Positions 29,996 to 41,651 of a stretch of DNA of 64,000 nt are shown here, piece by piece; position 1 is the first letter of the stretch; each line of letters begins with the position of its first letter. Source of the DNA: an uncultured Acidobacteriota bacterium. Lineage in GTDB: Bacteria > Acidobacteriota > Thermoanaerobaculia > Multivoradales > JAGPDF01. A program made the position numbers and the translations under genes. The stretch covers positions 28,062 to 92,061 of the forward strand of contig CAVOXC010000017.1 of NCBI GenBank assembly GCA_963700315.1, written 5' to 3'. The notes below the pieces were generated by a model, which did no database searches, was not told the origin of the DNA, and saw only the letters and a program-made list of their open reading frames with translations.

Positions 29996-30871
29996 CTAGG
30001 GTTGCTTGCCGGGCGGGCGCGGCGGTTCCGGCAGCTCGCGGCGCCGGTCGAGCGCCTGCTCGAAGTCGCGAAGCGCCTTGCACAGTCTCGGCTCCCGCCG
30101 GCAGGAGAGGTCGATCTGGGGGCAGCGACCCTCGGCGTCCGGCGTGCAGGCGGCGCAGCGCTCGAGTCGAAACGGCAGCTCTGCCGTGAAGAGAGTCTGG
30201 CAGCCCTTGCCCCGGTCGCAGCGCGTCTGGCAGCGATTCTGAGAGTTGCAGATCTCGCAACCGCCGCACTGGCCATCGTGCGTGCACTGGACCACCTGGC
30301 AGCTGCCGCCGCGGCAGACCTGGCGCGCGTCGCCGCAATCGGCGTCGGCGACGCAGGCGACCGGACGGCAGGCGCGATCGCGGCAGGCCATGCCGTTCGG
30401 GCATTCGCGGTTCTCCGAGCATGACGCGGCCTGGCACTGGTTGCGAGCGCAGACTTCGCCAGCGTCGCAGTCGGCTCCCAGGGTGCAATCGCCGCGGGTG
30501 CAACCGCCGCCACGGCAGGACATCCAACTCGGGCAGTTCTCATCGAAGTTGCAGAGCGAGCCCTCGCGCGGCCCGGGTTCCGCGCAGTGGCCCGAGACGC
30601 AGACTTCCGCGCCGAAGCAGTCGCTCTCGGCGTCGCAGCTGAGCGGGTTCGCGTCGCAGCGGCCGGCGCCCTCGTTGCAGCCGCAGGTGGGGAGCGCCGG
30701 ATTGACGCAGAAGCCGTCGTGGACGGGGCAGTCTGCGTCCTCGTCGCAGGCGATCTCGCTCGTCACGCGCGCCGAGGGCTGGCCGTAGAGAGCGGCCGGC
30801 AGGGCGCAGAGAAGAGCGACGATCAGTGCTCGAAGCGACAGGGGACGGAAGGCGACAGAGGCTTGGAGCAT
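29996..30871 (-). CDS. Secreted cysteine-rich repeat protein
   Basis: Signal peptide then repeated 'CxxDADC..G.VC..G.C' modules. Confidence 0.78.
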   Translation of the reverse strand: MLQASVAFRPLSLRALIVALLCALPAALYGQPSARVTSEIACDEDADCPVHDGFCVNPALPTCGCNEGAGRCDANPLSCDAESDCFGAEVCVSGHCAEPGPREGSLCNFDENCPSWMSCRGGGCTRGDCTLGADCDAGEVCARNQCQAASCSENRECPNGMACRDRACRPVACVADADCGDARQVCRGGSCQVVQCTHDGQCGGCEICNSQNRCQTRCDRGKGCQTLFTAELPFRLERCAACTPDAEGRCPQIDLSCRREPRLCKALRDFEQALDRRRELPEPPRPPGKQP

Positions 30872-31238
30872 GGGGACCTCTCTGACCTACACAGCCCAGC
30901 GTGAGAAGGCGATTTGCGGCGGGAGACTAGCATGGGGCTGCGTGCCGCGGGGGGGCATCGAAACGCCGCTCGGGCGGCCGGGGAGTATCCTTGTCGACCT
31001 GCGGGGAGGGGCAAATGGCGGGCAGATCTAGAGCGCGACGAGGCCTCGAGGAGTTCAAAGAAGGGGCGTCGCGCCCCGACGAAGATGGGGCGGCGGGCGA
31101 GGCGCGCGGCGTCTACTCTTCCCCTTGCGCCATGGACCTCGACGCGGCGCTCGCCGATCGGGAGGACGAGCCGGGAGACGCCCGGCCATTGGAGCCAAGC
31201 GTGGCATCGCGCGGAACCGCGGCCTCCCGCGGCGACCG

Positions 31239-32186
31239 ATGACAGCGGGGAACCGTCGCCGCATCGCGCTCCTTCGGCTCGCCGCGAGAGCGGGGCTCGT
31301 CGTGCTTCTCGCGGCCGTGACTTCGGGCTGTATCTCGTTGCGCCCCTACGCCGAGGTCGCTGCGGCGCTGCCGGCGGCGAGCCTGCTCGAGATCGATGGC
31401 CGGCGCGTGCACGTGGTCGACCGGGGCGAGGGGGAGCCGCTCCTCTTGTTGCATGGCTTCGGGGCCTCGACGCTGCTCTGGGAAGCGGTGATTCCCGAGC
31501 TCGCGCGCTCGCGCCGCGTGGTGGCGATCGACTTGAACGGATTCGGTTGGAGCCAGCGGCCCAAGGAGCGCGAGGCCTACACACTCGCCGGGCAGGAGCG
31601 GCTGGTGCTCGCCGTCGCCGACGCGCTCGGCTTCGCGCGCTTCGATCTCGCCGGGCACTCCTACGGCGGGGCGATCTCGCTCTTCCTCGCTTCGCGGCAT
31701 CCCGAACGCGTGCGCTCACTTCTGCTCGTCGACTCGGCGATGCCCGCCTACGGCACCCTGCGACGGCGGCGCCGTTACGCGAGCCGGACGTTCACCGCGC
31801 TCTTCGTGCGCACGATCGGGCTCACCACGCGGAGGGTGCGCGCCGGCCTCGAGGCCGTCTACGCCGACGACAGCAAGGTGACCGACGAGCTGGTGCGCGC
31901 CTACCTCGAGCGGCTACGAATCGAAGGGGTGGTGGACGCCTTCTACGGCCTCACCGCGCCCACGGGAGCGCCGCCCGACCAGGTCGACCTCGAGCGCCTG
32001 GCCGTGCCGGCGCTGTTCGTCTGGGGCGAGCGGGACGAGCTGATCTCCCTCGAGGCCGGTCGCGCCGCGGCGGCCAGAGTGCCGGGTGCGACCTTCGTCG
32101 GCCTGCCGAACTGTGGCCACTCGCCGATGGAGGAGTGCCCGCAGGCGTTCCTCGACGCCGTCGCACCGTTCCTCGCCGCGCGCTAG
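31239..32186 (+). CDS. Alpha/beta hydrolase lipoprotein
   Basis: 'VVLLAAVTSGC' lipobox, 'LLHGFGAS', GHSYGG, 'WGERD', 'CGHSPMEE'. Confidence 0.87.
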   Translation: MTAGNRRRIALLRLAARAGLVVLLAAVTSGCISLRPYAEVAAALPAASLLEIDGRRVHVVDRGEGEPLLLLHGFGASTLLWEAVIPELARSRRVVAIDLNGFGWSQRPKEREAYTLAGQERLVLAVADALGFARFDLAGHSYGGAISLFLASRHPERVRSLLLVDSAMPAYGTLRRRRRYASRTFTALFVRTIGLTTRRVRAGLEAVYADDSKVTDELVRAYLERLRIEGVVDAFYGLTAPTGAPPDQVDLERLAVPALFVWGERDELISLEAGRAAAARVPGATFVGLPNCGHSPMEECPQAFLDAVAPFLAAR

Positions 32187-32298
32187 CGCGAGCTGCTTGC
32201 CTCTCGGCAGGCGAACTGCGAATGATGGCTCGCGGGACCGCCGGCGCCGGTTCGGCGACCGCGAGCTGTGGAACAATCGAGCACAGACTCTGGAGGCC

Positions 32299-33347
32299 AT
32301 GATGAGAACAGCCTGGTCGCTTCTACTGTCGATGACAGTCGTGGCGTGCGCGGCTCCGCAGAAGCAGGCGGAGAGCGGGCCGAAGCTGCCGACGCTCGCC
32401 GAATATTTCGACAACAGCGGACGCGACGACGCCGTCGCGGGCGGCGTGCGGATGATCCCGATCGCGACGCCGAAGGGGGAGTTCCGCGTCTGGACCCGAC
32501 GGACCGGCAACAACCCGGGGTGAAGGTCCTGGTGCTTCACGGCGGGCCGGGGGCGAACCACGAGTACCTCGAGGGCCTCGACACCATCCTGCCCGGCGCC
32601 GGCGTCGAGTACTACCAGTACGACCAGCTCGGCTCGGCCTTCTCCGACCAGCCCGACGAGCCCGAGCTCTGGGAGCTCCCGCGCTTCGTCGACGAGGTCG
32701 AACAGGTCCGCCGGGCGCTCGGACTCGGTCCCGACAACTTCGTGCTCTACGGCCAGTCGTGGGGCGGCATCCTTGCCATCGAGTACGCCCTAGCGCACCC
32801 GGAGCAGCTCAAGGGTCTCGTGATCTCGAACATGATGTCGAGCATCCCCGCGTACAACGCCTACGCCCACGGCGTGCTGATGCCGGCCATGGACCCGGCA
32901 GCGCTCGCCGAGATCCTGGCGCTCGAGGAGAAGAAGGACTTCGACAACCCCCGCTACAAGGAGCTGCTGATGGAACACTTCTACGTCCACCACTTCCTGC
33001 GCCTGCCGCTGGAAGAGTGGCCTCAGGGGGTGCTGCGCTCCTTCGCGACCCTGAACAAGAAGGTCTACGTGCCGATGCAGGGTCCGAGCGAGATGGGGGC
33101 GAGCGGCAAGCTGGTCGAGTGGGACCGCAGCGGCGACCTCCGGAAGATCGGCGTACCGACGCTGGTCATCGGCGCGGCGCACGACACCATGGACCCCAAG
33201 CACATGGAGTGGATGGCCGGCCAGTTCCGGAAGGGGCGCTACCTCTTCTGTCCCGACGGCAGCCACCTCGCGCTTTACGATGACCGCGAGATGTACGAGA
33301 AGGGGCTCGTCGACTTCCTTCACGATCTCGAGGCCGGCAAGCTCTGA
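32299..33347 (+). CDS. Proline iminopeptidase-family (S33) hydrolase lipoprotein; frameshift near 32520
   Basis: 'VVACAAP' lipobox, 'LHGGPGANHEYL', 'YDQLGS', GQSWGG, 'AHDTMDP', 'GSHLALYDD'. Confidence 0.87.
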
Positions 33348-33389
33348 CCCGGCGGGGGCTCCGGGGAACCGCCGCGCGGCCGTGCAGTC

Positions 33390-33536
33390 GGTGCTTGGCC
33401 GCGATCAGCTCGCGCAGCAGCGACAGCTGCTCTTCCCAGATGCCCAGGAGCTCGACCCAGCGCACCCTTTGCAGCTCGTCGATCTTGTCGTGCAGGCGGC
33501 GGATCTCGATCTCGGCCTTCAGGTTGACCCGGGCGC
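33390..33536 (-). pseudogene. C-terminal remnant of a DUF1003 protein
   Basis: 'VNLKAEIEIRRLHDKIDELQRVRWVELL' matches the DUF1003 C-terminus; the N-terminal membrane part is absent. Confidence 0.6.
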
Positions 33537-33537
33537 G

Positions 33538-33630
33538 AGGTGCCAGCCTCTTGGCGGGGCGGCCGGGAGCTGGCTGCCCTTCCTGCTGCAAGTGACGAAT
33601 CGGCAAGGGGTTGCCAGGTGGCTGGCACCC
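33538..33630. repeat. Inverted pair of the 15-bp motif
   Basis: AGGTGCCAGCCTCTT 33538-33552 (reverse orientation) and AGGTGGCTGGCACCC 33616-33630. Confidence 0.75.
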
Positions 33631-33764
33631 TCCCCACCCTCTCCACCCTCCCGCCGCTCCCGCGCAGGTTCCTGCCCGCAGAGAGGTGGCAGCGGGGTCG
33701 AGCGAGTGAGAGACTGCCGCTCTTGCGCGCCGAAGCCAACGACTTTTGAGAAAGGTAGCGAGCG

Positions 33765-35804
33765 ATGAGGGCAACGAACCGCGGAGTGAAGGCTGGTGTT
33801 CTGATCGCGATGCTCGCGGCGGTTCCCGCCTGGGGGCAGGTCGACGCCTTCTGGCGCGATGCTCTCGTTCGACGACGTCCTAGAGAGCGCCGCGGCGGGG
33901 GAGCGGCGGATCGCTCCCGACCGGGCTCGTTTCGTGCGGCTCGATGCCGGGGCGCTCGCGGTGCTGCTGGCCACCGCGCCCGCCGAGGCGGCGGTGCCCG
34001 GCGGCCTGGCGGGCGTCGAGCTGTCGATTCCCGATCCCGACGGCGTCGTGCGCAGCTATCGCGTCGTCGATTCGCCGGTGATGGCGCCCGGGCTCGCGGC
34101 GCAGTATCCCGAGTGGCGGACCTTCCGGCTGATCGACACGGCCGACGCCCGCTACGGTGGCCGCGGCGACTGGACGCTGCACGGCTTTCACGCGCTGGTG
34201 CGCACGCCCGCCGGGACGCTCTTCGTGGATCCGGTCTGGCAGGGCGATACCGAGCTCTACCAGGTCTACTTCAAGGCCGATCTCGCGCCGCCGCGCGGAC
34301 CAGGTCTTCCGCTGCGACACGGACGATGCCGAGGCGGATCTCGCCGCCGGCACCGAAGCGCCGGAGGCGCCCGCGGTCGATCTCGATCTGCGCACCTACC
34401 GGCTGGCGCTCGCCGCGACCGGCGAGTACACCACGTTCCACGGCGGCACCGTGGCGGCGGGGCAAGCGGCGATCGTCACCGCGGTCAACCGGGTCAACGA
34501 GGTCTACGAGCGCGACCTGGCGATCCGGATGGTCCTGGTCGCCAACAACAGCCTGGTGGTCTACACCAACGGCGCGACCGACCCCTACACGAACAACAAC
34601 GGCGTGACGATGCTGGGGCAGAACACGGCGAACCTCAACGCCGTGATCGGCACGGCGAACTACGACATCGGCCACGTCTTCTCGACCGGCGGCGGCGGTG
34701 TCGCGACCCTCAACGGCCCCTGCGGCAGCAACAAAGCGCGTGGGGTGACGGGGCTCTCTTCGCCGATCGGCGACGGTTTCTACATCGACTACGTCGCCCA
34801 CGAGATGGGGCACCAGTGGGGCGGCTCGCACACCTTCAACGGCTCGACCGGCAGCTGTGCCGGCGGCAACCGCGTCGGCGTCCTCCGCCTACGAGCCGGG
34901 GAGCGGCTCGACGATCATGGCCTACGCTGGCATCTGCGGCGCCGAGAACCTGCAGCCGCACAGCGACGCCTATTTCCACCGCCGCAGTCTCGACCAGATC
35001 GAGACCTACAGCCGCACCGGCAACGGGGATACTTGCAAGGCGGTCGTCGCCCAGAGCAACGCGCAGCCGGTGGCCGACGCCGGAGCGGACTACACGATTC
35101 CGATCTCGACGCCCTTTGCGCTCACCGGGTCGGCGACCGACGGCAACGGCGGCGTTCTCGACTACTGCTGGGAACAGTGGGATCTCGGTCCGGCCGGCCC
35201 GGCCATCTCGGGCGACGCGCCGATCTTCCGTTCCTTCGATCCCGGTGCCGGGCCCGCGCCGGACGTTTCCCAAGGTGGAGGACCTCGTCGACGGCACGCC
35301 GACGATCGGCGAGACCCTTCCCACCTACGCCCGCACCATGCACTTCCGGTTGACGGCGCGCGACAACCAGCTCCCGGCGGGCGCGGAGGGGTCCGACCAG
35401 ACCGCGATCACGGTGAGCGCCGCGGCCGGCCCGTTCCTTGTCACCGCGCCGAACACGGCGGTGGTCTGGAACGGCCCCGGACCGCACACGCGTAACCTGG
35501 AACGTCGCCAACACCAACGCGGCGCCGGTCTCCTGCGCCACTGTCGACATCGACCTCTCGACCGACGGCGGCTTCGACTTCGACCAGTCGCTCGCGGTCA
35601 ACCTGCCCAACGACGGCAGCGAGCACGGTCTACGCCGGCGCCGGCGACACGGCGACGGCGCGGATCCGCGTCGCCTGCCGCGGCAACGTCTTCTTCGACA
35701 TCTCGAACGTCGACTTCTCGATCGCCGGAGCGAGCGGCCTGCTGTTCGCCGACAACTTCGAGTCGAGCGACACCACACGCTGGAGCCTGACCGAGAACCC
35801 CTGA
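33765..35804 (+). CDS. Secreted reprolysin-like (M12B) zinc metallopeptidase; multiple frameshifts
   Basis: '[14 protein letters not shown]', 'YDIGHVF', '[13 protein letters not shown]', '[14 protein letters not shown]', '[12 protein letters not shown]'; C-terminal '[15 protein letters not shown]'. Confidence 0.88.
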
Positions 35805-35906
35805 GCCGCGCCGCTCGCCGCGGCGCGCGCTGTCGAACCGGGCGACGGCCCCGGCCCGGGCGAGGGCGGCTGGACCAGATCCGGGACCGAGTCGTCCGGA
35901 GGCTGC

Positions 35907-36711
35907 CTACTCGCGTTGCCGCTGCAGGCGGGCGACGATCTTGGCGGCGACGCCGCGGGGGATGGCGCGCACGGCGACGGCGCCGACCTGGTTGGCGATG
36001 CCCGGCACCACCACGCGCCGGCCCCGGCGGAAGCCGCGGTGGCCCGCGCGCGCCACCGCCGCCGCGCTCATCATCGGCAGCAGCCCCGAGGTGAGGGCGA
36101 TCCCCGCGCCGAAACCAGCGCGATCCTGGAAGCCGGTCGGCACCGGTCCGGGACAGAGGCAGGTGACGCGCGAGCGGCCCGCGAGCTCCTCGGCGAGCGC
36201 CTCGCTCCAGGAGAGGACGAAGGCTTTGGTCGCGTAGTAGGTGGCCATGTAGGGACCGGGCTGGTAGGCGGCGGTCGAGGCGACGTTGAGCACGCCGCCC
36301 TCCCGTCCCGCGGCGAGGATCCCGGGCAGCAGCCGCTTGGTGAGCTCGACCACCGCGACGACGTTGAGCCGGATCATCGCCAGCTCCGTCGTCGAGGTCG
36401 AGCGTGGCGACCTCGCCGAGCAATCCGTAACCGGCGTTGTTGACAAGCACGCTGGGAGAGATCCCGCGGCGGGCGAGCTCGGTGGCGAGCGCTTCGGGTC
36501 CGTTGGCCCGCGCGAGATCGAGGGCGATCGGCTCGGCGCGGGGCGCACCCAATTGCACGAGCTCGTCGGCGGCCGCGCCGAGCCGGTCCGCGCTGCGTGC
36601 CGTGAGGGCGAGGGCATGACCGTCGCGCGCGAAGCAGCGAGCGAGCTCGAGCCCGATACCGCCCGATGCGCCCGTCACGAGAATCCAGGATCTCTGCTCA
36701 TCGTTTGCCAT
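35907..36711 (-). CDS. Short-chain dehydrogenase/reductase (DltE-like); frameshift near 36390
   Basis: 'VTGASGGIG', 'VNNAGYG', 'NVAS', 'YYATKAF', 'LCPGPVPTGF'. Confidence 0.88.
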
Positions 36712-36869
36712 CTCGCCTCCCGTCATCTCGTCACCCCCCCCTCTCCCCGCGGCCGCGCGCGCGGGCCCGCTCTGGAGACTATGCGCTCCGCGACAGGCGT
36801 TGGCGCGACCCCGTCCTTCCCCCCGCATGGGGTGGCGACCGGCGGGCTCACTTTCTCTAGAATCGCTCG

Positions 36870-38198
36870 ATGAATCGGATCGAGGCGGCGCGTTGGCTCG
36901 ACGCGATGCCGGATGCCGTGGTGGTCGTCGCGGCGGACGGCCGGATCGTGCAAGCCAACGAACGCTGCGAGAGCCTGCTCGGCTGGTCCCCCGGCGAGCT
37001 CGAAGGGCGGCCGCTCGCGCTGCTCGTGCCGGAGCGCTTCGTCGAGCACGAGGCAGAGCACGAGCGCTACTTCGCGGCGCCGGCGGTGCGGCAGATGGGA
37101 ACCGGGCTGGAGCTTCGCGCCCGCCATCGCGATGGCCGGGAGGTCACTGTCGACATCGCGTTGAGCCCGCTCGAAGTCGATGGCGGCAACTACGTCGTGG
37201 CGTCGATCCGCGACGCCAGCGCCCAGCGTGCGCACCTCGAGGAGCTGCGCCTGAAGTCGATCGCGCTCGACCATGCGGCGAGCGGAATCGTGATCACCGA
37301 CCTGCGCGGGGTCATCCTCTGGGTCAACCGCGCCGCGGCGCGAATGACGGGTTACGAGCGCGAGGAGTTGATCGGTCGCACGCCCAGCCTGCTCAAGTCG
37401 GGTGAGCACGACGACGCCTTCTACCGCGGGCTCTGGACGGAGATTCGAGCGGGGCGCACCTGGCAGGGCGCGATCGTCAACCGCCGGAAGGACGGATCGC
37501 ACTATCACGAGGAGCAGACGATCGCGCCCGTGCGCGACGCCGAGGGGCGGGTGAGCCACTACATCGCGGTCAAACAGGACGCCAGTGAACGTGTCGCCGC
37601 CGAGCAGTCGCTGCGCCGAGCGCACGACGACCTCGCCCGCTACGTCACCGAGATCGAGGCGCTGCAGGCGCGATTGCGAGAGCAGGCGATTCACGACCCG
37701 CTGACCGGGTTGTTCAACCGGCGCTATCTCGACGAGGCGCTGGCGCGCGAGGTAGCGCGCGCTCAGCGCGAACGCACGCCGTTGACGATCGCGATGATCG
37801 ACCTCGACCATTTCAAGGGGATCAACGACAGCCATGGCCATCCGGCGGGCGACCGGCTGCTCGTCGCGCTCGGTCGGATTCTGCTCGTGCAGAAACGAGC
37901 CGCCGACTTCGCCTGCCGCTTCGGCGGTGAGGAGTTCGTGGTCGTGTTGGTGGGGGCGGCCCTCGCCGGGGGGCTGGCGCGCTCGGAGGAGTGGCGGCGG
38001 AGCTACGCGGGCCTGGCGATGGACGCGGAGGCCGGACCCGTCGGGGCGACGCTCTCGATCGGCGTGGCCGAGCTCTGCCCCGACGAGCTCTCCACCGCCT
38101 TCCTGGCTCGCGCCGACGCCGCCCTCTATGCAGCCAAGGCGGCGGGGCGCGACCGCGTCGTCGCCGCCTCTCTTCCGGACGTCGACGGGGAGTCGTGA
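36870..38198 (+). CDS. PAS-PAS diguanylate cyclase
   Basis: Two PAS domains, 'HDPLTGLFNRRY', 'DLDHFKGINDSHGH', RxxD I-site (RAAD), GGEEF. Confidence 0.93.
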   Translation: MNRIEAARWLDAMPDAVVVVAADGRIVQANERCESLLGWSPGELEGRPLALLVPERFVEHEAEHERYFAAPAVRQMGTGLELRARHRDGREVTVDIALSPLEVDGGNYVVASIRDASAQRAHLEELRLKSIALDHAASGIVITDLRGVILWVNRAAARMTGYEREELIGRTPSLLKSGEHDDAFYRGLWTEIRAGRTWQGAIVNRRKDGSHYHEEQTIAPVRDAEGRVSHYIAVKQDASERVAAEQSLRRAHDDLARYVTEIEALQARLREQAIHDPLTGLFNRRYLDEALAREVARAQRERTPLTIAMIDLDHFKGINDSHGHPAGDRLLVALGRILLVQKRAADFACRFGGEEFVVVLVGAALAGGLARSEEWRRSYAGLAMDAEAGPVGATLSIGVAELCPDELSTAFLARADAALYAAKAAGRDRVVAASLPDVDGES

Positions 38199-38310
38199 GC
38201 AGGCGCCGGGTGACCTGAGGTCGAGAGCCGAGGTCAGGAGACAATCGCTTGGCGCGGTGGTCGCGGCGCGCCTGTGGGATGCTCCGGGGATTCATGGGAG
38301 CCCGAGACAC

Positions 38311-40582
38311 ATGATCGAAGCCCTGCGTCGCCCCGTCGCCCGCCTCGCGCTCGCCGCGCTCGTCCTGCCGCTCGCGCCCATCGCCGGCGATTCCGCACCG
38401 CCACCGATGCTCGGCTTCTCGGCCGCGGCCGCCGCCGCCGAGCGCGCGCGGGAGGCGCAGCTCGACGCCGCGCTCGCGCCGGCCGAGATGCGCGGCTGGC
38501 TCGAGCGGCTCGCTGCTCGCCCGCACCATGTCGGCTCGGCGTGGGGCCGTTCGAACGCCGAGTGGCTGCGCGATCTCTTCGCCGGCTGGGGCTTCGAGAC
38601 GCGCATCGAGACCTTCCAGGTGCTCTTTCCGACGCCGGTCGAGCGCTCGGTCGAGCTCCTGGCGCCGACGCGCTTCCGGGCGAAGCTGGAGGAGCCGGCG
38701 CTCGCCGAGGACTCGACCTCGGGGCAGAAGAGCGAGATCCTGCCGACCTTCAACGCCTACTCGATCGACGGCGACGTCACCGGCGAGCTGGTCTACGTCA
38801 ACCAGGGTCTCCCGCGCGACTACGAGGAGCTCGCCGAGCGCGGCATCGACGTCAAGGGCAAGATCGTGCTGGCGCGCTACGGTGGCTCCTGGCGCGGCAT
38901 CAAGCCCAAGGTCGCGGCGGAGCAGGGCGCCATCGGCTGCCTGATCTACTCCGACCCGCGCGGCGACGGCTACTTCGAGGGCGACGTCTATCCGCAGGGG
39001 GGCTACCGCGGACGCGAGTCGGTGCAGCGCGGCTCGGTCGCCGACATGCCGATCTACTCGGGCGACCCGCTCACTCCGGGAGTCGCCGCGACGGCGGATG
39101 CCGAGCGCCTTGCGCTCGACCAGGTGAAGGTGCTCACGAAGATCCCGGTCCTGCCGCTCTCCTACGGCGACGCCCAGCCGCTGCTCGCGGCGCTGGGCGG
39201 GCCGGTGGCGCCCGAGAGCTGGCGCGGCGCGCTGCCGCTCACCTACCACCTCGGCCCGGGCCCGGCGCGCGTGCGCCTGCGCGTGAAGTTCGACTGGAGC
39301 CTGAAGCCGGTCCACGACGTGATCGCGGTGCTGCCCGGCGCGAGCGCGCCCGACGAGTGGGTGGTGCGCGGCAACCACCACGACGCCTGGGTCCACGGCG
39401 CCACCGATCCGGTCTCGGGCCTGGTCGCGCTGCTCGCCGAGGCCAAGGCCGTCGGCGAGCTCGCGCGCGGCGGTTGGCGTCCGGCGCGTACGCTGGTCTA
39501 CGCCGCCTGGGACGGCGAGGAGCCGGGCCTGATCGGCTCGACCGAGTGGGCCGAAGCCCACGCCGAGGAGCTGCGGGCGAAGGCGGTCGCCTACCTCAAC
39601 ACGGACTCGATCACCCGCGGCTTTCTCGGTCTCGCCGGCTCGCACACGCTCGAGCGCTACGTCAACGAGGTCGCGCGCGACGTCGTCGATCCGCAGAGAG
39701 GCGTCTCGGTGCTCGAGCGGGCCCGCGCCGCGCGCGTCGCGCGCGCCGGCGACGACGAGGCGAAACGTCGCCTGCGCGACCAGGAGGATCTGCGGATCGG
39801 CGCGCTCGGCTCCGGCTCCGACTTCACGCCCTTCCTGCAGCATCTCGGCATCGCCTCGCTCAATCTCGATTTCGGCGGCGAGGAGCGAGTACGGCCAGTA
39901 CCACTCGGGCTACGACTCGATCGCCCACTACCTTCGATTCGGCGATCCGGACTTCGCCTACGTCGCCGCGGCCGCGCGCACCGGCTTGCGCCTCAGCCTG
40001 CGACTGGCCGAAGCCGAGGTGCTGCCCCTCACCCTCGACCGCGCCGCCGCGGCGATCGGCGAGTACGTCGAAGAGATCGAGAAGTTGACGGTGACGATGC
40101 GGCGCGAGAGCGAGGAGCGCGCCCGCCTGCTCGCCGACAGGACGCTCGAGCTCGCCGCCGATCCGACCAAGACCTTCGTGCCGCCGCCGGCGCTCGACCG
40201 CGTGCCCTTCCTCGAGCTGGCGCCGCTCCAGAACTCCGCCGCCCTGCTCGACGAGGCGGCGAAGCGCTTCGAGCGGGCGCGGCAGGCGGCTGTCGAGCGC
40301 GGTCTGGCGCCCGAGCGGCGTGCCGAGCTCAACGCTTTTCTGCGCGGCTTCGAGCGCCGCCTGACGAGCGCCGCCGGACTGCCCGGCCGCCCCTGGTACC
40401 GCCACCAGATCTATGCGCCCGGCCAGTACACCGGCTACGGTGTCAAGACGCTACCGGCGATCCGCGAGGCGATCGAGCTCCGACGCTGGGACGAGGCCAA
40501 CGCTCAGATCGTCGTCGTCGCGAAGCTGCTCGACGACGCTCGCGTGGCGATCGACGACATCACCGCCCGCCTGGCCGGCTGA
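38311..40582 (+). CDS. M28 peptidase (glutamate carboxypeptidase II-like, PA + TfR dimerisation domain); frameshift near 39885
   Basis: 'RPHHVGS', 'SVQRGS', 'GNHHDAW', 'WDGEEPGLIGSTEW', 'LGSGSDF', 'GLPGRPWYRHQIYAPG'. Confidence 0.9.
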
Positions 40583-40617
40583 CGACGGCTCCGCCGGCCA
40601 GGTGGATCGGACGGCCA

Positions 40618-41649
40618 TCAGCCGCCGAGCCCGGGCCGGTGGTGGATGGTGATCCCGGTGCGGCCGAGGGCGCGGTCGATGTAGACCGCCACCGCCGCCT
40701 CGCCGCCGCCGGCGAGCTCGACGATGAAGAGCCTCGGATCGCCGAAGAGCTCGGAGTCGTCGTAACCGTCGGCAAGGTACGGATCCAGCGCGCTGTGCCC
40801 CGCGGCCTGGGCGAGCGCCGCCGCCTGCTGCTCGGGCGTCGCGTTCGGGTTCGCCGCCATCGCGCCCATCATCTTCTCGGCCATCGCCATCGCCTTCGCC
40901 ATCTGATCGGCCGAGGGCATGCCGTCCTCGGAGTCCGCCTCGTCGTCGCTCGAAGCGTCCTCGCCCGCGCTCTCGACCTCCTGGCGAAACTGCGCCGGCG
41001 TGAACGGTCCGCGCCCCTTCTTCGACAGCGCCCCGAGGAGCTTCGCGGGCGCCTCCGCGGTCGAGTAAGTGGCGCGCCCGTCGGCGGCGTCGCTGGCGAA
41101 GTAGAGGTAGACAGCGTCACTCGGGAGCGCGACCCCGAGCTTGGGCGCCGGCGGAACGGCGTCGGGGGTGAGGGCGGCCTCGTTCCCCCGGTCGAAAGCG
41201 TCCGCGCGGTGCGCGAGCCGTTGCGCCGACTCGTCGTTGCTGCCGCGCAGAGCGTGCAGAGCGGCGGCGCGGACCGCGGCGACCGGATCGTCGAGCAGCT
41301 CGGCGAGAATCGGCGTCGCGCTGGCCGTGGCGTAGGGCTGCGCGAGGGCGTCGGCCGCGGCCGCGCGCAGCTCGGGAGAGCCCGAGTCGGCGGCGCGCGT
41401 CGCGAGCGAGGTCGCGAGCTCCGGCCGGTAGCGCGCCAGCGCGACGAGCCGTTGCGCGGCCGCGCGGCCGGCCGCGCCGAGCTCCTCGACGCAGGCCGGA
41501 GAGGTGCGGGCGGCGCAGGCCGCCGCGAGCCGGTCGGTGGCGTACTCGATGCCGATCGGTTGCACGAAGCGCTCGCTGGCCGGGGCCGGGGCGGCGGTGA
41601 GGGCGATCAGAAGAGCGGCGAGATAGACCGAGGCGTTGGAACGAGTCAT
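40618..41649 (-). CDS. Secreted HEAT-repeat protein
   Basis: Signal 'MTRSNASVYLAALLIALTAAPAPA', HEAT 'PELRAAAADAL..LAELLDDPVAAVRAAALHALRG'. Confidence 0.72.
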   Translation of the reverse strand: MTRSNASVYLAALLIALTAAPAPASERFVQPIGIEYATDRLAAACAARTSPACVEELGAAGRAAAQRLVALARYRPELATSLATRAADSGSPELRAAAADALAQPYATASATPILAELLDDPVAAVRAAALHALRGSNDESAQRLAHRADAFDRGNEAALTPDAVPPAPKLGVALPSDAVYLYFASDAADGRATYSTAEAPAKLLGALSKKGRGPFTPAQFRQEVESAGEDASSDDEADSEDGMPSADQMAKAMAMAEKMMGAMAANPNATPEQQAAALAQAAGHSALDPYLADGYDDSELFGDPRLFIVELAGGGEAAVAVYIDRALGRTGITIHHRPGLGG

Positions 41650-41651
41650 GG

